Assembly: GCA_016783825.1 (NCBI GenBank)
Contig: JADHVV010000005.1
Coordinates: 1 to 56,834 of the forward strand
Source of the DNA: Candidatus Zhuqueibacterota bacterium
GTDB taxonomy: Bacteria; Zhuqueibacterota; Zhuqueibacteria; Thermofontimicrobiales; Thermofontimicrobiaceae
Reading direction: 5' to 3'
DNA: 56,834 bases
This document shows positions 20,064 through 29,602 of the stretch, in pieces. Position numbers and translations under genes: made by a program. The notes beneath the pieces are model-generated. The model ran no database searches. It was not told the DNA's origin and saw only the letters and a program-made list of their open reading frames with translations. The first letter of the stretch is position 1. Every line of letters starts with the position of its first letter.

Positions 20064-20810
20064 TCATAAATATTTTTTTTCATCAGGTTCCCACATTTCA
20101 TCTACATTATCCGGTTCCGGTTGTCTCTTAATATACAATTCTCTCAATTGATCTTTATCCATTCCCATTAAATCTTTGAGCATGGACTCATAACGACCTT
20201 CTTCAACCTGTTGCACCCGTTCTTCTAAATGTTCAGATTTTGGAAGCACATGGCGTCCATAAATTCGTCGTGCCATAATTCCAATATTATATTGAACTTC
20301 TTCAGCAGGACAACGGGCAGAACATAATCCGCACATCACACAATCAAAAGACATTTCAGCCGCTTCTTTTATATTACCTGCCATCGCCATTGCCACATAA
20401 TCCATCACTTTTATATCCATGGGACAGCTCAACGTACAATTATTACATCCCATACATTTGAAAATCTCTGGATAATAATCGGAAATAACACTTTCAGTTG
20501 GTTCTAATTTTTCCAAATCATAAGTCGCCTTATTTCCTGGAAAAAAGGGGATTTGGGTAATATACATATTTGATTCGACCACTGTCTGACAGGCAAGTCC
20601 GTAATATAATTTAGAATCATTGGGAAAGCGATAAATTGTTCCACAAGCGCCACAAATTCCACCACGACAACCACAGCCCCGGATAAGCTGGTAACCAGCA
20701 TATTCTGTTGCTTTTTGAATTGTCAGGGAATCAGGAACATCGTATCGTTTTCCCATTAAAAATATTGGAATTAAATTTCTTTTAGTTTCTTTGTCATTTG
20801 ATTTCTTCAT
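20064..20810 (-). CDS. Fe-S subunit (FrdB/TfrB-like: 2Fe-2S plus 2x[4Fe-4S])
   Basis: CRGGICGAC...C; CMGCNNCTLSCP; CVMCGLCSARCP. Confidence 0.9.
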   Translation of the reverse strand: MKKSNDKETKRNLIPIFLMGKRYDVPDSLTIQKATEYAGYQLIRGCGCRGGICGACGTIYRFPNDSKLYYGLACQTVVESNMYITQIPFFPGNKATYDLEKLEPTESVISDYYPEIFKCMGCNNCTLSCPMDIKVMDYVAMAMAGNIKEAAEMSFDCVMCGLCSARCPAEEVQYNIGIMARRIYGRHVLPKSEHLEERVQQVEEGRYESMLKDLMGMDKDQLRELYIKRQPEPDNVDEMWEPDEKKYL

Positions 20811-20825
20811 TTACACCCTCCTGAA

Positions 20826-20952
20826 TTCTGGATACTTGCTACTGGATGCTTGATTCTGGATACTGGAAGCCCGATTCAAGATGCTGGATGGAATTGGTAA
20901 AGCAAGTATCGAGCATCAAGAAACAAGCATCGAGTATCCAGCATCAAGTATC
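20826..20952. repeat. Tandem-unit palindrome (CTGGATAC/GTATCCAG family)
   Basis: Second partial copy at about 28970-29025. Confidence 0.7.
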
Positions 20953-21022
20953 TTTTCTCCAAATGAAAGTAATATTTAATAATAAGCTTAAAAAGAACTA
21001 CATTATTTAAAAACTTATCAAG

Positions 21023-21505
21023 TTACCACGTAACAAAAACACCGATAATAATTCCTAAAATAACAGCAACAAGCATCATAAAATAGTTATCAAGCGCTCT
21101 TGCTTTTTTTGATTGGGGAATAACCTCAACAACTCGATCTTCAACAATATAATCTTTGATCCCTGTATCAACCTGGGGGCATGCCATTACACAAGCATAA
21201 CATTGCTCGCAATCTTCCGCCACAATTGCCTCTAAAGCAAAAGATGTCCGCTGTACAGTGCGCGCTCGTCGGTCAGGTTCTCTGCGTAATACAGGACAGG
21301 AATCAACACAATTGCCGCAACCGATACAAGCGCGATCACCATCAATCCCCAAACCGTCTGGTAAATAAAGTCTGTGGTACGGTTCGATACCAGTCGAAAG
21401 CAATCTGCAACGGGCAACTGGCGGCTCTTTAATGTCCAAAATTGAATTTAGTACATTTATTTTTTGGGGAGTTAAAAATTCTTCTTTCCTGGTTATATAC
21501 TCCAC
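21023..21505 (-). CDS. Membrane-anchored 2x[4Fe-4S] ferredoxin-like protein
   Basis: CIGCGNCVDSCP, CEQCYACVMACP, hydrophobic C-terminal helix. Confidence 0.85.
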   Translation of the reverse strand: MEYITRKEEFLTPQKINVLNSILDIKEPPVARCRLLSTGIEPYHRLYLPDGLGIDGDRACIGCGNCVDSCPVLRREPDRRARTVQRTSFALEAIVAEDCEQCYACVMACPQVDTGIKDYIVEDRVVEVIPQSKKARALDNYFMMLVAVILGIIIGVFVTW

Positions 21506-21531
21506 AATTTACTCCTTACACTAAATTTTGT

Positions 21532-21688
21532 TAGTCTTCTGCAAAATTAAGCAAAATCTAATTCATCTTCGACTCCGCTCAGGATGAAGCTTCGCTTAAG
21601 TGATTGATAATTAAAGTCCGAAAGACTTCATGGTGAGCGGAGTCGAACCATGAAATTACAGTACTTTTACAAATTTTGCAGAACTCTA
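21532..21688. mobile_element. MITE with 10-bp target-site duplication
   Basis: TIRs TAGTCTTCTGCAAAATT / AATTTTGCAGAACTCTA; TAAATTTTGT on both sides; inner TTCGACTCCGCTCA/TGAGCGGAGTCGAA palindrome. Confidence 0.8.
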
Positions 21689-21701
21689 TAAATTTTGTTT
21701 T

Positions 21702-22598
21702 CTAATCAACATTCAGTTGTATATTCGGATGACACTTGACACAATTTTCTGTATTAGTCAAATCTTCACATTCAGCCTTAAAAATTTGAAACTTGCCATG
21801 AATTTTTCCATGATGACATTTTTGACATGTTTCTTTAGACGGAAATTTCATATCATTGCCCGGGTGTGTTGTCGGCAGGGCATCTTCATGGCAGCCAGCA
21901 CAGCTAATTGGATTGCGCGCTGTATAATTTACTGTTTTATCAACAACATTTTTACCTATCTCATCCTTTTTAGATTGAATATGACAGGTCTCGCAATTTC
22001 CTATTCTAATTTTTTCCAGTAGTGTAAATTCTTCCTGTTCATCTTTATTCAAATTATCCTTAACTCGAAGCTGCTTCCAACGTTGTTCATCTTCCGCCCT
22101 GAAATGTTCAAATCGATAATGAATGTTATGGTCATATCTTAAACCGATGTCTTTAACTTGAAGCGGTAAATTCGGTTCATCGACTTCAGCCAAACTTAAA
22201 ATTTCAGGGTGGCAGCTAATACATTCTTCATCCTGGTAAATATTTTGAGAATCAACGCTTTCTTTTACACGAAGATTGGCAACACGTTGAGAATACTTTG
22301 GCACTTTTTTTAGACTTCTTATTAAAAGCATTTCCACAGCTTTATCGGGATGGCAGGAAACGCAAGTAGGTCCACCTTTATTGATATCTTTATGGGCAGG
22401 GATGCGCATATCTAACGAGACATAAGTGCCTTGATTTTTGTGGCATTTCTGGCAAAAAGTTTCAGACTGATTATATAACACCATTCCGCTAAATACAACA
22501 ATCCCGCCGATTGGCGCAATAATTAACACCAGCATAATGTGCCGTTTTATAATGAAATTTTTAACTTTCTCAAAAATTTCTTTTCTGTTGATTTGCAT
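21702..22598 (-). CDS. Membrane-anchored heptaheme cytochrome c
   Basis: N-terminal TM helix; seven CxxCH motifs (CQKCH, CVSCH, CISCH, CETCH, CAGCH, CQKCH, CVKCH). Confidence 0.9.
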   Translation of the reverse strand: MQINRKEIFEKVKNFIIKRHIMLVLIIAPIGGIVVFSGMVLYNQSETFCQKCHKNQGTYVSLDMRIPAHKDINKGGPTCVSCHPDKAVEMLLIRSLKKVPKYSQRVANLRVKESVDSQNIYQDEECISCHPEILSLAEVDEPNLPLQVKDIGLRYDHNIHYRFEHFRAEDEQRWKQLRVKDNLNKDEQEEFTLLEKIRIGNCETCHIQSKKDEIGKNVVDKTVNYTARNPISCAGCHEDALPTTHPGNDMKFPSKETCQKCHHGKIHGKFQIFKAECEDLTNTENCVKCHPNIQLNVD

Positions 22599-22711
22599 AA
22601 TTTATTTTAATTCCTAGATTACGGTGTACTTATGACAGAAGTTTGAAGTGCCAAAAGTGCCTAAAGTGAGATAAAGAAATAATTCTTTAGGCACTTCAAA
22701 CTTTAGGCACT

Positions 22712-24934
22712 TTAGCTCACTTTATTAACTTTAACTTTTACATCCTTCCACGCCTGCCCTTTGCCCGATGGGTCGATAGAAACTGGAATAACAAAATTGG
22801 GATTAGTGCCGTTGCCATCCTTTTCCCACCAGATAAATTCTGTATCCGGGTCTTCACTTTTAAACTTTTTCGATTGAGCAATTCTTCCGTATTCCCAATG
22901 TCCCAATCCTTTGGAAATGGCAATCGCTCCCGGATAAATACCCTGTGTAATGTGCGCTTTGATAACAATTTTTCCAATTTCAGATTCCAACATTACATAG
23001 TCGCCCTCTGCAATTCTCAATCGTCGGGCAGTTTTGGCATTTATTAAAGCTTTATTAGTATGATTGATTTCAGCCAACCATTTTAAATTGGTCAAATCCT
23101 GACGCATCACATTTGTGCTGTACGAAATTAAAAAAAGTTCATTTTTAGAAACGTTAATATGTTCCGTAATTGGTTCATATTTCGGCAAACCATTTGACCC
23201 GGCAATTTCAAATTTTCTTGAGCGAGTAGCGAATCGCTGTTTTTTATAAAGCTCATATTCTGGATTGGCATTTTTATCGTACCAGATACCCTGTTTTTTC
23301 AATTTATTAAATTGTTTCTCATCAGATAAACCAGGTATTTGGGCAACTGATTGTTTAATAAAATCTTCGACACTTTCATAATTCATCGAATTGCTAATGC
23401 TCTCCCCCATTCTCCGCGACAATTTAAGAAAAACATCATTAAGGGATAAAGCTTGCCCGTGCGGTTTTATTACTGGTTGCGCCAGCGAAACAAAGGGAAC
23501 CATTTCAAAGGATGGCGTTGAATCCAAATCCCAGCTTTCTACAAAAGTCGCTGCTGGAAGAATCAAATCTGCCAGCGCCGCTGTTTCACTTTTTACGGTA
23601 TCCATCACCACAGTAAACGGCATCAGGCTTTCGTCTTTCATCACTTGCTGGGTGAAATTGCAGTCCGGATATTCATAAACAGGATTATTTTTATAAGCGA
23701 AATATAAATCGACCTTTTGTTTTTCTTTCTTAATCCTCTCGAAAAATTGGACGGTTGACGGTTCGTTTTCATTAATTTCTATTGGAGAAAAATCGTTTAA
23801 CTGATAAGTTCGGGCAAGGCAGACACCGCCTTTTTTATCAATATTTCCCACCAGCGCATTGAGCAGCATAATGCTCCGTTCAGTCTCAAAACCGTTAACG
23901 TGCTGGGCAACACCTGAGCCTGAAAAAGCAACGGCGGGTCTGTTAGCGGCAAACTCGATGGCAATTCGTTCGATAGTGGCTGCGTCGATGGCGCTGATTT
24001 TTGCCGCTTTTTCGATAGTGTATTGAGACAGGTGCGACTTCAGTTGGGAAATAGGAATGTTTGTCCAGCGGCTGATAAATTCAGCGTCATATAAACCTTT
24101 CTGCACGATAACATTCGCCATTGCCAGCGCCACAATACCATCAGTTCCGGGTTTTATTGGAATCCACTCATCACTTTTACCGGCGGTATTGGATAACAGC
24201 GGGTCCATGGTAATCAATTTTGCATAATTATTTATTCTTGCTTCAGCCAGGCGTTGATTAAAACTTACAAAATAGGAATGGGACTCAAACGGATTGCTGC
24301 CGAAATTTAGAAAATATCTACAATTTTCAGCATCGATTATTTCTCTTTCTTCGCCCCAAATTGATTTTTGAGCAGTAGTTTTATTTAAGTCATTTAAAGC
24401 AGATGAGTTTAATATTGTCGCATTTTCAAAATTATTCAAAAACCTGCGCGCTAAACCGCGGTAATTTTGAGTATCAGTATGAAAGACAAATTCATGGTTA
24501 CGGTTTTCATTATTAATCGTTTGCAGGCGGTTGGAAATTTCAGTTAATGCTTGTTCCCAGCTAATTTTTTTCCATTTTCCCTCTCCCCGAGCTCCAACAC
24601 GTTTCAGTGGATGAAGCAATCTATCCGGGTCATAAACCTGGTTTACGCCGGCAATTCCCCGCGCACAAATTTTACCCTGGTTATTAATATGGTGGGGATT
24701 CCCTTGAATAGCCGCTAAATCTTCATATCTTAAAAAACCAATTACGCCGCATCTGTTTGGACAAAGATTACAAATTGTTGGAATGCCTTTACGAAACTTG
24801 CTGGTAAACATTGATACATTTCTGCCCCGCATGCCAACAATGGGAATCACTCCTCCAAACGAAGCTCCGAACGAGATTGCGGTTGCGCCTAATGTTCCTA
24901 TTTTTAAAAATTTTCGACGATTTATTTCTTTCAT
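22712..24934 (-). CDS. Tat-exported molybdopterin oxidoreductase (PsrA/TtrA/ArrA-like, DMSO reductase family)
   Basis: NRRKFLK; CNLCPNRC...C; YDPDRL..PLKR; PGTDG; SETA..AD.ILP. Confidence 0.9.
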   Translation of the reverse strand: MKEINRRKFLKIGTLGATAISFGASFGGVIPIVGMRGRNVSMFTSKFRKGIPTICNLCPNRCGVIGFLRYEDLAAIQGNPHHINNQGKICARGIAGVNQVYDPDRLLHPLKRVGARGEGKWKKISWEQALTEISNRLQTINNENRNHEFVFHTDTQNYRGLARRFLNNFENATILNSSALNDLNKTTAQKSIWGEEREIIDAENCRYFLNFGSNPFESHSYFVSFNQRLAEARINNYAKLITMDPLLSNTAGKSDEWIPIKPGTDGIVALAMANVIVQKGLYDAEFISRWTNIPISQLKSHLSQYTIEKAAKISAIDAATIERIAIEFAANRPAVAFSGSGVAQHVNGFETERSIMLLNALVGNIDKKGGVCLARTYQLNDFSPIEINENEPSTVQFFERIKKEKQKVDLYFAYKNNPVYEYPDCNFTQQVMKDESLMPFTVVMDTVKSETAALADLILPAATFVESWDLDSTPSFEMVPFVSLAQPVIKPHGQALSLNDVFLKLSRRMGESISNSMNYESVEDFIKQSVAQIPGLSDEKQFNKLKKQGIWYDKNANPEYELYKKQRFATRSRKFEIAGSNGLPKYEPITEHINVSKNELFLISYSTNVMRQDLTNLKWLAEINHTNKALINAKTARRLRIAEGDYVMLESEIGKIVIKAHITQGIYPGAIAISKGLGHWEYGRIAQSKKFKSEDPDTEFIWWEKDGNGTNPNFVIPVSIDPSGKGQAWKDVKVKVNKVS

Positions 24935-24946
24935 ATTAATTCCTGA

Positions 24947-25843
24947 TTAAATTATCGGCAACGCCTGTCCACCATAAACTACAACAAATCTCATAAATAA
25001 AATTCCCACAACCACCAATGCGGAAGCGATAGCTATATTTCTAATAGACCTGAGTTTAGGCGTGAGTACAATTATCATCGGTACAAATTTACCAAAGAAA
25101 TTTTCAACTCCTAAAAACAAAGGACTCAATTCCCCGGCTATGAGTAGATGTGTCGTTTCTTTTGCTTCTGCATGAGATACGGATAAAGTAGAAATATCAC
25201 AAAAAACCAACACCAAATCAAAAACAATCAACCAGCCTAACATACTGGCAAGAGTATAAATAATTTCTTTATTAATTATTTTCTCTTTAGAGAAAAATTT
25301 ATCTTTTATCATTAAAATTAGTATCATTACAGCGATACCGGACACAATGGCTGAAACCAAAAATAAGAACGGCATTAATGCTGTATTCCATAAGGCGCGG
25401 GCTTTACCGAATGCAAGAATAAACCCGGTATAGCCGTGAACGGTAATCGCCAGTGGGATGCCAATCATACCGAACATTTTAGTTTTTTTCATATCACCTT
25501 TAAACATGAAGTAGCCGTAAATCATACAATTTACCGGGTACGCCATTAATAAAAAAGCGCCGTAGGACATTGGAGAATGAAAATTTAAAAAAGTAAAATG
25601 GTTCCATACTGAACGAACGGGCCAGCCCACCTGAAGAAGAAGCATTACTGGAGCAATAAATAAAAGCAGTGTCGCCATAACAACGCCGACTTTACCGGCT
25701 GGTTTAAACTTCTCCAACCCAAAGCCATAAGCCAGTGTTGAAATAACAAATGAACCAGCGCTCATGCCGGTAAAATAAAAATATAACGCGATTAACCATC
25801 TAAAAGTAACCTGGTGATGAACATCGTAAACCAGTTCTGTCAT
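24947..25843 (-). CDS. NrfD/PsrC-family membrane anchor
   Basis: W.IALYFYFTG.SAG, SPMSYG, YTGF...R.LW, RF.VV.GGQ. Confidence 0.9.
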   Translation of the reverse strand: MTELVYDVHHQVTFRWLIALYFYFTGMSAGSFVISTLAYGFGLEKFKPAGKVGVVMATLLLFIAPVMLLLQVGWPVRSVWNHFTFLNFHSPMSYGAFLLMAYPVNCMIYGYFMFKGDMKKTKMFGMIGIPLAITVHGYTGFILAFGKARALWNTALMPFLFLVSAIVSGIAVMILILMIKDKFFSKEKIINKEIIYTLASMLGWLIVFDLVLVFCDISTLSVSHAEAKETTHLLIAGELSPLFLGVENFFGKFVPMIIVLTPKLRSIRNIAIASALVVVGILFMRFVVVYGGQALPII

Positions 25844-26430
25844 AGTACATCGACCTCTCGTTTTATTTCTACTGCATCATGGTCTAAATTTATATAAAAA
25901 ACATGCGGTTTGGTGCCGATTTCTGGTTTAAGTACTTGAACCGGTTGTTTGGCTAATAATTTAGAAACTTCACTTTCCGGGTCATTCAAATCGCCAAAAA
26001 TCCGTGCACCGCTGGGGCAGGCTTCAACGCAGGCTGGCTGCAATCCCACTTTAACGCGATGCAGACACCAATTGCATTTTTCGACTATTTTCTTAATAGG
26101 ATGCACATAGCGCACTTCATACGGACAGGCAGCCATACAATATCTGCAAGCCACACACCTGTGCGGGTCAGTGCTAACAATGCCATTTTCTTCAACTCTA
26201 TTGGCATTAACAGGACAGACTGTTACACAAATCGGTTCCTCACAATTATTACAAAGCAATGGCAAAAACGACTTGCTTACATTTGGATACTCGCCTTTTT
26301 GAATGTGCTTCACCCACGATTTCCATACGCCGATGTGTACTGCATTTTCACTTTTACATGCTACCGAACACGTATTACAACCAATACATTTTCGCAAATC
26401 AATTACCATTGCATATCGGATTTTTGACAA
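25840..26430 (-). CDS. NrfC/PsrB/DmsB-family 4x[4Fe-4S] subunit
   Basis: CIGCNTCSVAC, CNNCEEPICVTVCP, CVACRYCMAACPY, KCNWC..PACVEACP. Confidence 0.93.
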   Translation of the reverse strand: MSKIRYAMVIDLRKCIGCNTCSVACKSENAVHIGVWKSWVKHIQKGEYPNVSKSFLPLLCNNCEEPICVTVCPVNANRVEENGIVSTDPHRCVACRYCMAACPYEVRYVHPIKKIVEKCNWCLHRVKVGLQPACVEACPSGARIFGDLNDPESEVSKLLAKQPVQVLKPEIGTKPHVFYINLDHDAVEIKREVDVL

Positions 26431-26504
26431 AACTTAAATCTCCTCGTAAGAAAATATATTTAATCTCTGTGGCTGACTTATATCATTATGTAAATTTTTT
26501 GTTT

Positions 26505-26706
26505 CTAAAAGCACCAAATTACAAGTACCAAATTTCAAATAAAACTCAAATTCAAAATTTCAATGACCGAAACATTTTTTTTATACACATAAATAAAAAA
26601 ATTCTTACACCGTAAAGGCGCAAAGTTCTAAAAAATAATTTGTTTTGAATTTTGAATTTTGGTTTTTGTTATTTATTTGTAATTTGTTTTTTGTTATTTG
26701 TAATTT
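26505..26706. repeat. Tandem-unit palindrome (CAAAT/ATTTG heptad arms)
   Basis: AAATTACAAGTACCAAATTTCAAAT ... ATTTGTAATTTG. Confidence 0.6.
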
Positions 26707-26734
26707 TATTTATTCCCTATTCAAAATAAAAAAT

Positions 26735-27312
26735 CTAACCTTCCGCTAATGCCCTTTCTCGCTTTTTCTCTTTTATCCCAAATAATGCAATAGAAATAAT
26801 AAAAATTGCCACAAAGACTCGAAGACACCAAGAATCACAAAGATAAACAGAGTTCATTTTTTTAAAATTATAGGACAAAAAAGTGAAAAAATCTTATTTA
26901 TAAATGATTTTTAAATTCTTTAAAAATCAACCCTTTGAGTCTTGGAGTCTTCGTGGCTATTGCATTATCTGGGTTTATGAAATATGCATTAGCCGCTGCC
27001 GCGATACTCGGTCCTGAATCACCTACTGGACATTTTCCCGCACAGCGAGAACAAGCCACACAAAATTTTGAAAGATATTTTACTTTTTCATAATCTCCCA
27101 ATCGTGCAGCCAAAATCATTGTCATGGGATAGGGTTCACCATCAACGACTTTTATGGGACAAACACCAACGCAGGTCTGGCAATTGTAACAATTTAACGC
27201 CTGACCAGTACCTTTCACCAATACAGGCTGCAATGTATAATCAAATACCAACTCAATACAGAAAAGAATTGCCAATGCATTGAATGTTGGCAGATCAAGT
27301 CTGAATTTTGAA
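26735..27312 (-). pseudogene. 3' remnant of a diverged allele of the 27974-28948 gene, interrupted by a MITE
   Basis: 26979-27312 matches about 28016-28350 mostly at synonymous sites; removing the MITE restores NAYF-IKEKKRERALAEG* versus NAYF-KKEKQRKKDLADV*. Confidence 0.85.
26777..26973. mobile_element. MITE, CCCA(A/G)ATAATGCAATAG TIRs, 5-bp TSD
   Basis: TTTAT duplicated on both flanks; sister element at 45600-45812. Confidence 0.85.
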
Positions 27313-27367
27313 ATAACACAAATTGTGTGTTGCAGTTTGTACATTCCACACCAACGAATTGTTAGCC
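27311..27367 (-). mobile_element. attC-like integron recombination site (57 bp)
   Basis: GGCTAAC-AATTC-GTT(G)GTGTG...CACAC-AAT-TTGT-GTTA: R'', L'' with an extra base, L', R'; directly after the toxin stop codon. Confidence 0.65.
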
Positions 27368-27382
27368 CAATTTTTCAATATT

Positions 27383-27679
27383 CTAAAATTTTCTATGCTT
27401 CCAATACCCTGATCTTCGGCTTAAATGCATAAGAGCAAATAACCGGATTTTATTCTTTTCGTTTCGAAATATGATTGCGAAAGGAAAGCGATGTATAAGA
27501 AAACGCCGACAACCTTCACAATAGAGCGACCATGTATTTGGAAACTTTCGAATGAGATCAATTGCACGATCAACTTCATCCAGGAATTCGATTCCCAATC
27601 TTTTTGCCTGATTTTCGTACCATGCCCTGGATTGCTCTAATTCTTTATAAACTTCAGGATGTACTTCAACCTGTAACAA
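27383..27679 (-). CDS. RelE/ParE-family toxin
   Basis: HPE...EL.....WYE.Q...LG.EF, RFPFAI, A.MH..R...YW. Confidence 0.9.
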   Translation of the reverse strand: MLQVEVHPEVYKELEQSRAWYENQAKRLGIEFLDEVDRAIDLIRKFPNTWSLYCEGCRRFLIHRFPFAIIFRNEKNKIRLFALMHLSRRSGYWKHRKF

Positions 27680-27917
27680 CGCTATTTCTCCGAAGTCTTT
27701 CCCGTACTACTTCCCATGGAAGGCAGTCCACAATTCCATTATCAACTTCCTTAATTCGGTTGCTAATTTCATTTTGCCATGCAATTTCTACATTTAAATC
27801 TGCTTCTGTATCCAGGCTGGAGATGAGCCGTTCTGCGATGAAAGCACGATCTTTTGGTTTTGTCTGCAAAGCTTGTGTTAATATTTTCTCTACAGCCTTT
27901 TCCATTTTTTTCTCCAT
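27666..27917 (-). CDS. Addiction module antitoxin
   Basis: R..IAE.L..SLD...W..EI..R......G......W..V. Confidence 0.88.
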   Translation of the reverse strand: MEKKMEKAVEKILTQALQTKPKDRAFIAERLISSLDTEADLNVEIAWQNEISNRIKEVDNGIVDCLPWEVVRERLRRNSVVTG

Positions 27918-27973
27918 TTATATTTTTTTTGACTTACATTGTTTAAACTATCTAACTTCACTCAATATCCAAA

Positions 27974-28948
27974 TTAAACATCAGCCAAATCTTTCTTCCT
28001 CTGTTTTTCCTTCTTAAAATAAGCATTTGCCTGCGCCGCAATGCTGGGCCCCGAATCCCCAACCGGACATTTCCCGGCACAGCGAGAACAAGCTACACAA
28101 AATTTTGATAAATATTTTACCTTTTCATAATCTCCCAACCTGGCTGCCAGAATCATTGTCATGGGATAGGGTTCGCCATCAACAATTTTAATGGGACAAA
28201 CACCAACGCAGGTCTGGCAGTTGTAGCAATTTAACGCCTGACCGGTTCCTTTCACCAGTACAGGCTGCATTGTATAATCAAATACCAACACAATACAGAA
28301 AAGAATTGCCAATGCATTAAATGTTGGTAGATCAAGTTTGAATTTTGAAAAATAGTGCATCACTTTTGTAAATGAAGAATATTCGGGTTTTTCAGGAACA
28401 CCTTCCCACAGTGCATAACTCACTGCTTCAAGAAAACCGCTTGTGGCTTCAATTGAACCGTGAGTTGTCGAAGGGATAAGATCAGCAGCTAATGAATTTT
28501 GTACAATAATCTGCTCTTCCAAATCATCAAGAGCTGTTATCATTTCCTGGTGCTGCAGAACTTTAATGTTCAATATTTTGTGATCTTCAATTTCAACTTT
28601 GACTTTGATGGGACCACGCAATCCCTGACCAGTTCCCTCATAAGTACCATCCAAAACTAATTCAAGATCAAGCGGTGAATGATCGAGTATGTAGCTGCTT
28701 ACCCGATTATAATCAATAATAAAATAAACGCCTGAAATCAAAAGCAAGACAATTAATGGAATTATAATCCCAAAATATGATTTTTTTTCAACAAATAATA
28801 CTTTAATCGCGCTGATAAACAGGACGATTCCTAAAACTGAAAAAAGAATCAACCTGCCGTAAACAAAAGCAAGCGCAAATATAATCAACAAAATTGTTAA
28901 TCGCCAGGGACGTAAAATTAGGTTTTGTAGCTGTAATTTTATTTTCAA
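27974..28948 (-). CDS. Membrane protein with FMN-binding domain and HdrC-like 2x[4Fe-4S] domain
   Basis: Three TM helices, DGTYEGTGQGLRGPIKVKV, a further TM helix, CYNCQTCVGVCP, CVACSRCAGKCP. Confidence 0.85.
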   Translation of the reverse strand: MKIKLQLQNLILRPWRLTILLIIFALAFVYGRLILFSVLGIVLFISAIKVLFVEKKSYFGIIIPLIVLLLISGVYFIIDYNRVSSYILDHSPLDLELVLDGTYEGTGQGLRGPIKVKVEIEDHKILNIKVLQHQEMITALDDLEEQIIVQNSLAADLIPSTTHGSIEATSGFLEAVSYALWEGVPEKPEYSSFTKVMHYFSKFKLDLPTFNALAILFCIVLVFDYTMQPVLVKGTGQALNCYNCQTCVGVCPIKIVDGEPYPMTMILAARLGDYEKVKYLSKFCVACSRCAGKCPVGDSGPSIAAQANAYFKKEKQRKKDLADV

Positions 28949-29060
28949 ATTTAATACCTTTTAAAAAAACGATGCTTGATTCTGGATACTTGTTTCTGGA
29001 TATTTTTTACCCGCATCGAGTATCTATGAAATTAATGAAATTTTGACAAAGTAGATACAA

Positions 29061-29375
29061 TTATAAGCTTCTTCTTTTAAGATTTTTTACTATCCAGGCA
29101 GGATCGCGCCGCATTGGTAAAACAGCAACAACCCTTGCAATATCACCTTTGACTTCATAATAAATTGAATATGGGAACCGCTTGGATATCATCCGATGGT
29201 AACCTGATTTTTTAATATGAATTCCAGCAAAAAGATAGAGTGATTCAATATCTGCCATCAAACTATCCCAAAAATAATCCCCTAAACCAGGAGTTCGTCT
29301 ATCGTAAAAGGCTTTGCCATCGTTTAAATCTTCGGACACTTCATATAGAGTAATAATACCTCTTATCCTGATCAT
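29061..29375 (-). CDS. RelE/ParE-family toxin
   Basis: DL..G..FY....GLGDYF...L..DI, KRFPYSIYY, AVL..RRDP. Confidence 0.85.
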   Translation of the reverse strand: MIRIRGIITLYEVSEDLNDGKAFYDRRTPGLGDYFWDSLMADIESLYLFAGIHIKKSGYHRMISKRFPYSIYYEVKGDIARVVAVLPMRRDPAWIVKNLKRRSL

Positions 29376-29575
29376 TTACGACTCGCCTTCAACTCGTCAA
29401 GTGAAATAAATTTTGCTTCATCATTATTGATGTTCTCCATACGTTCCCGGAGAACATCTTCATGCCATGCAGGAGATTCTATTTTGGATTCATCTTCTAA
29501 CAAAGAATCCCAAAGCATTTCCATAGCTTGCAGGCGTTCAGTAAAATTCATTCTTTTTATTTCTGAAGCCGTCAT
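29372..29575 (-). CDS. Addiction module antitoxin
   Basis: E.LQAME.LWDSL.....SP.WH..VL.ER. Confidence 0.88.
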   Translation of the reverse strand: MTASEIKRMNFTERLQAMEMLWDSLLEDESKIESPAWHEDVLRERMENINNDEAKFISLDELKASRK

Positions 29576-29602
29576 TTTATGTCCTTTTATTACCTTGTTT
29601 GA

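Noticed and set aside
26898-27344. 148-aa Fe-S ORF as a functional gene
   Set aside because: Its start lies within the attC-like site and its tail within a MITE; treated as a remnant
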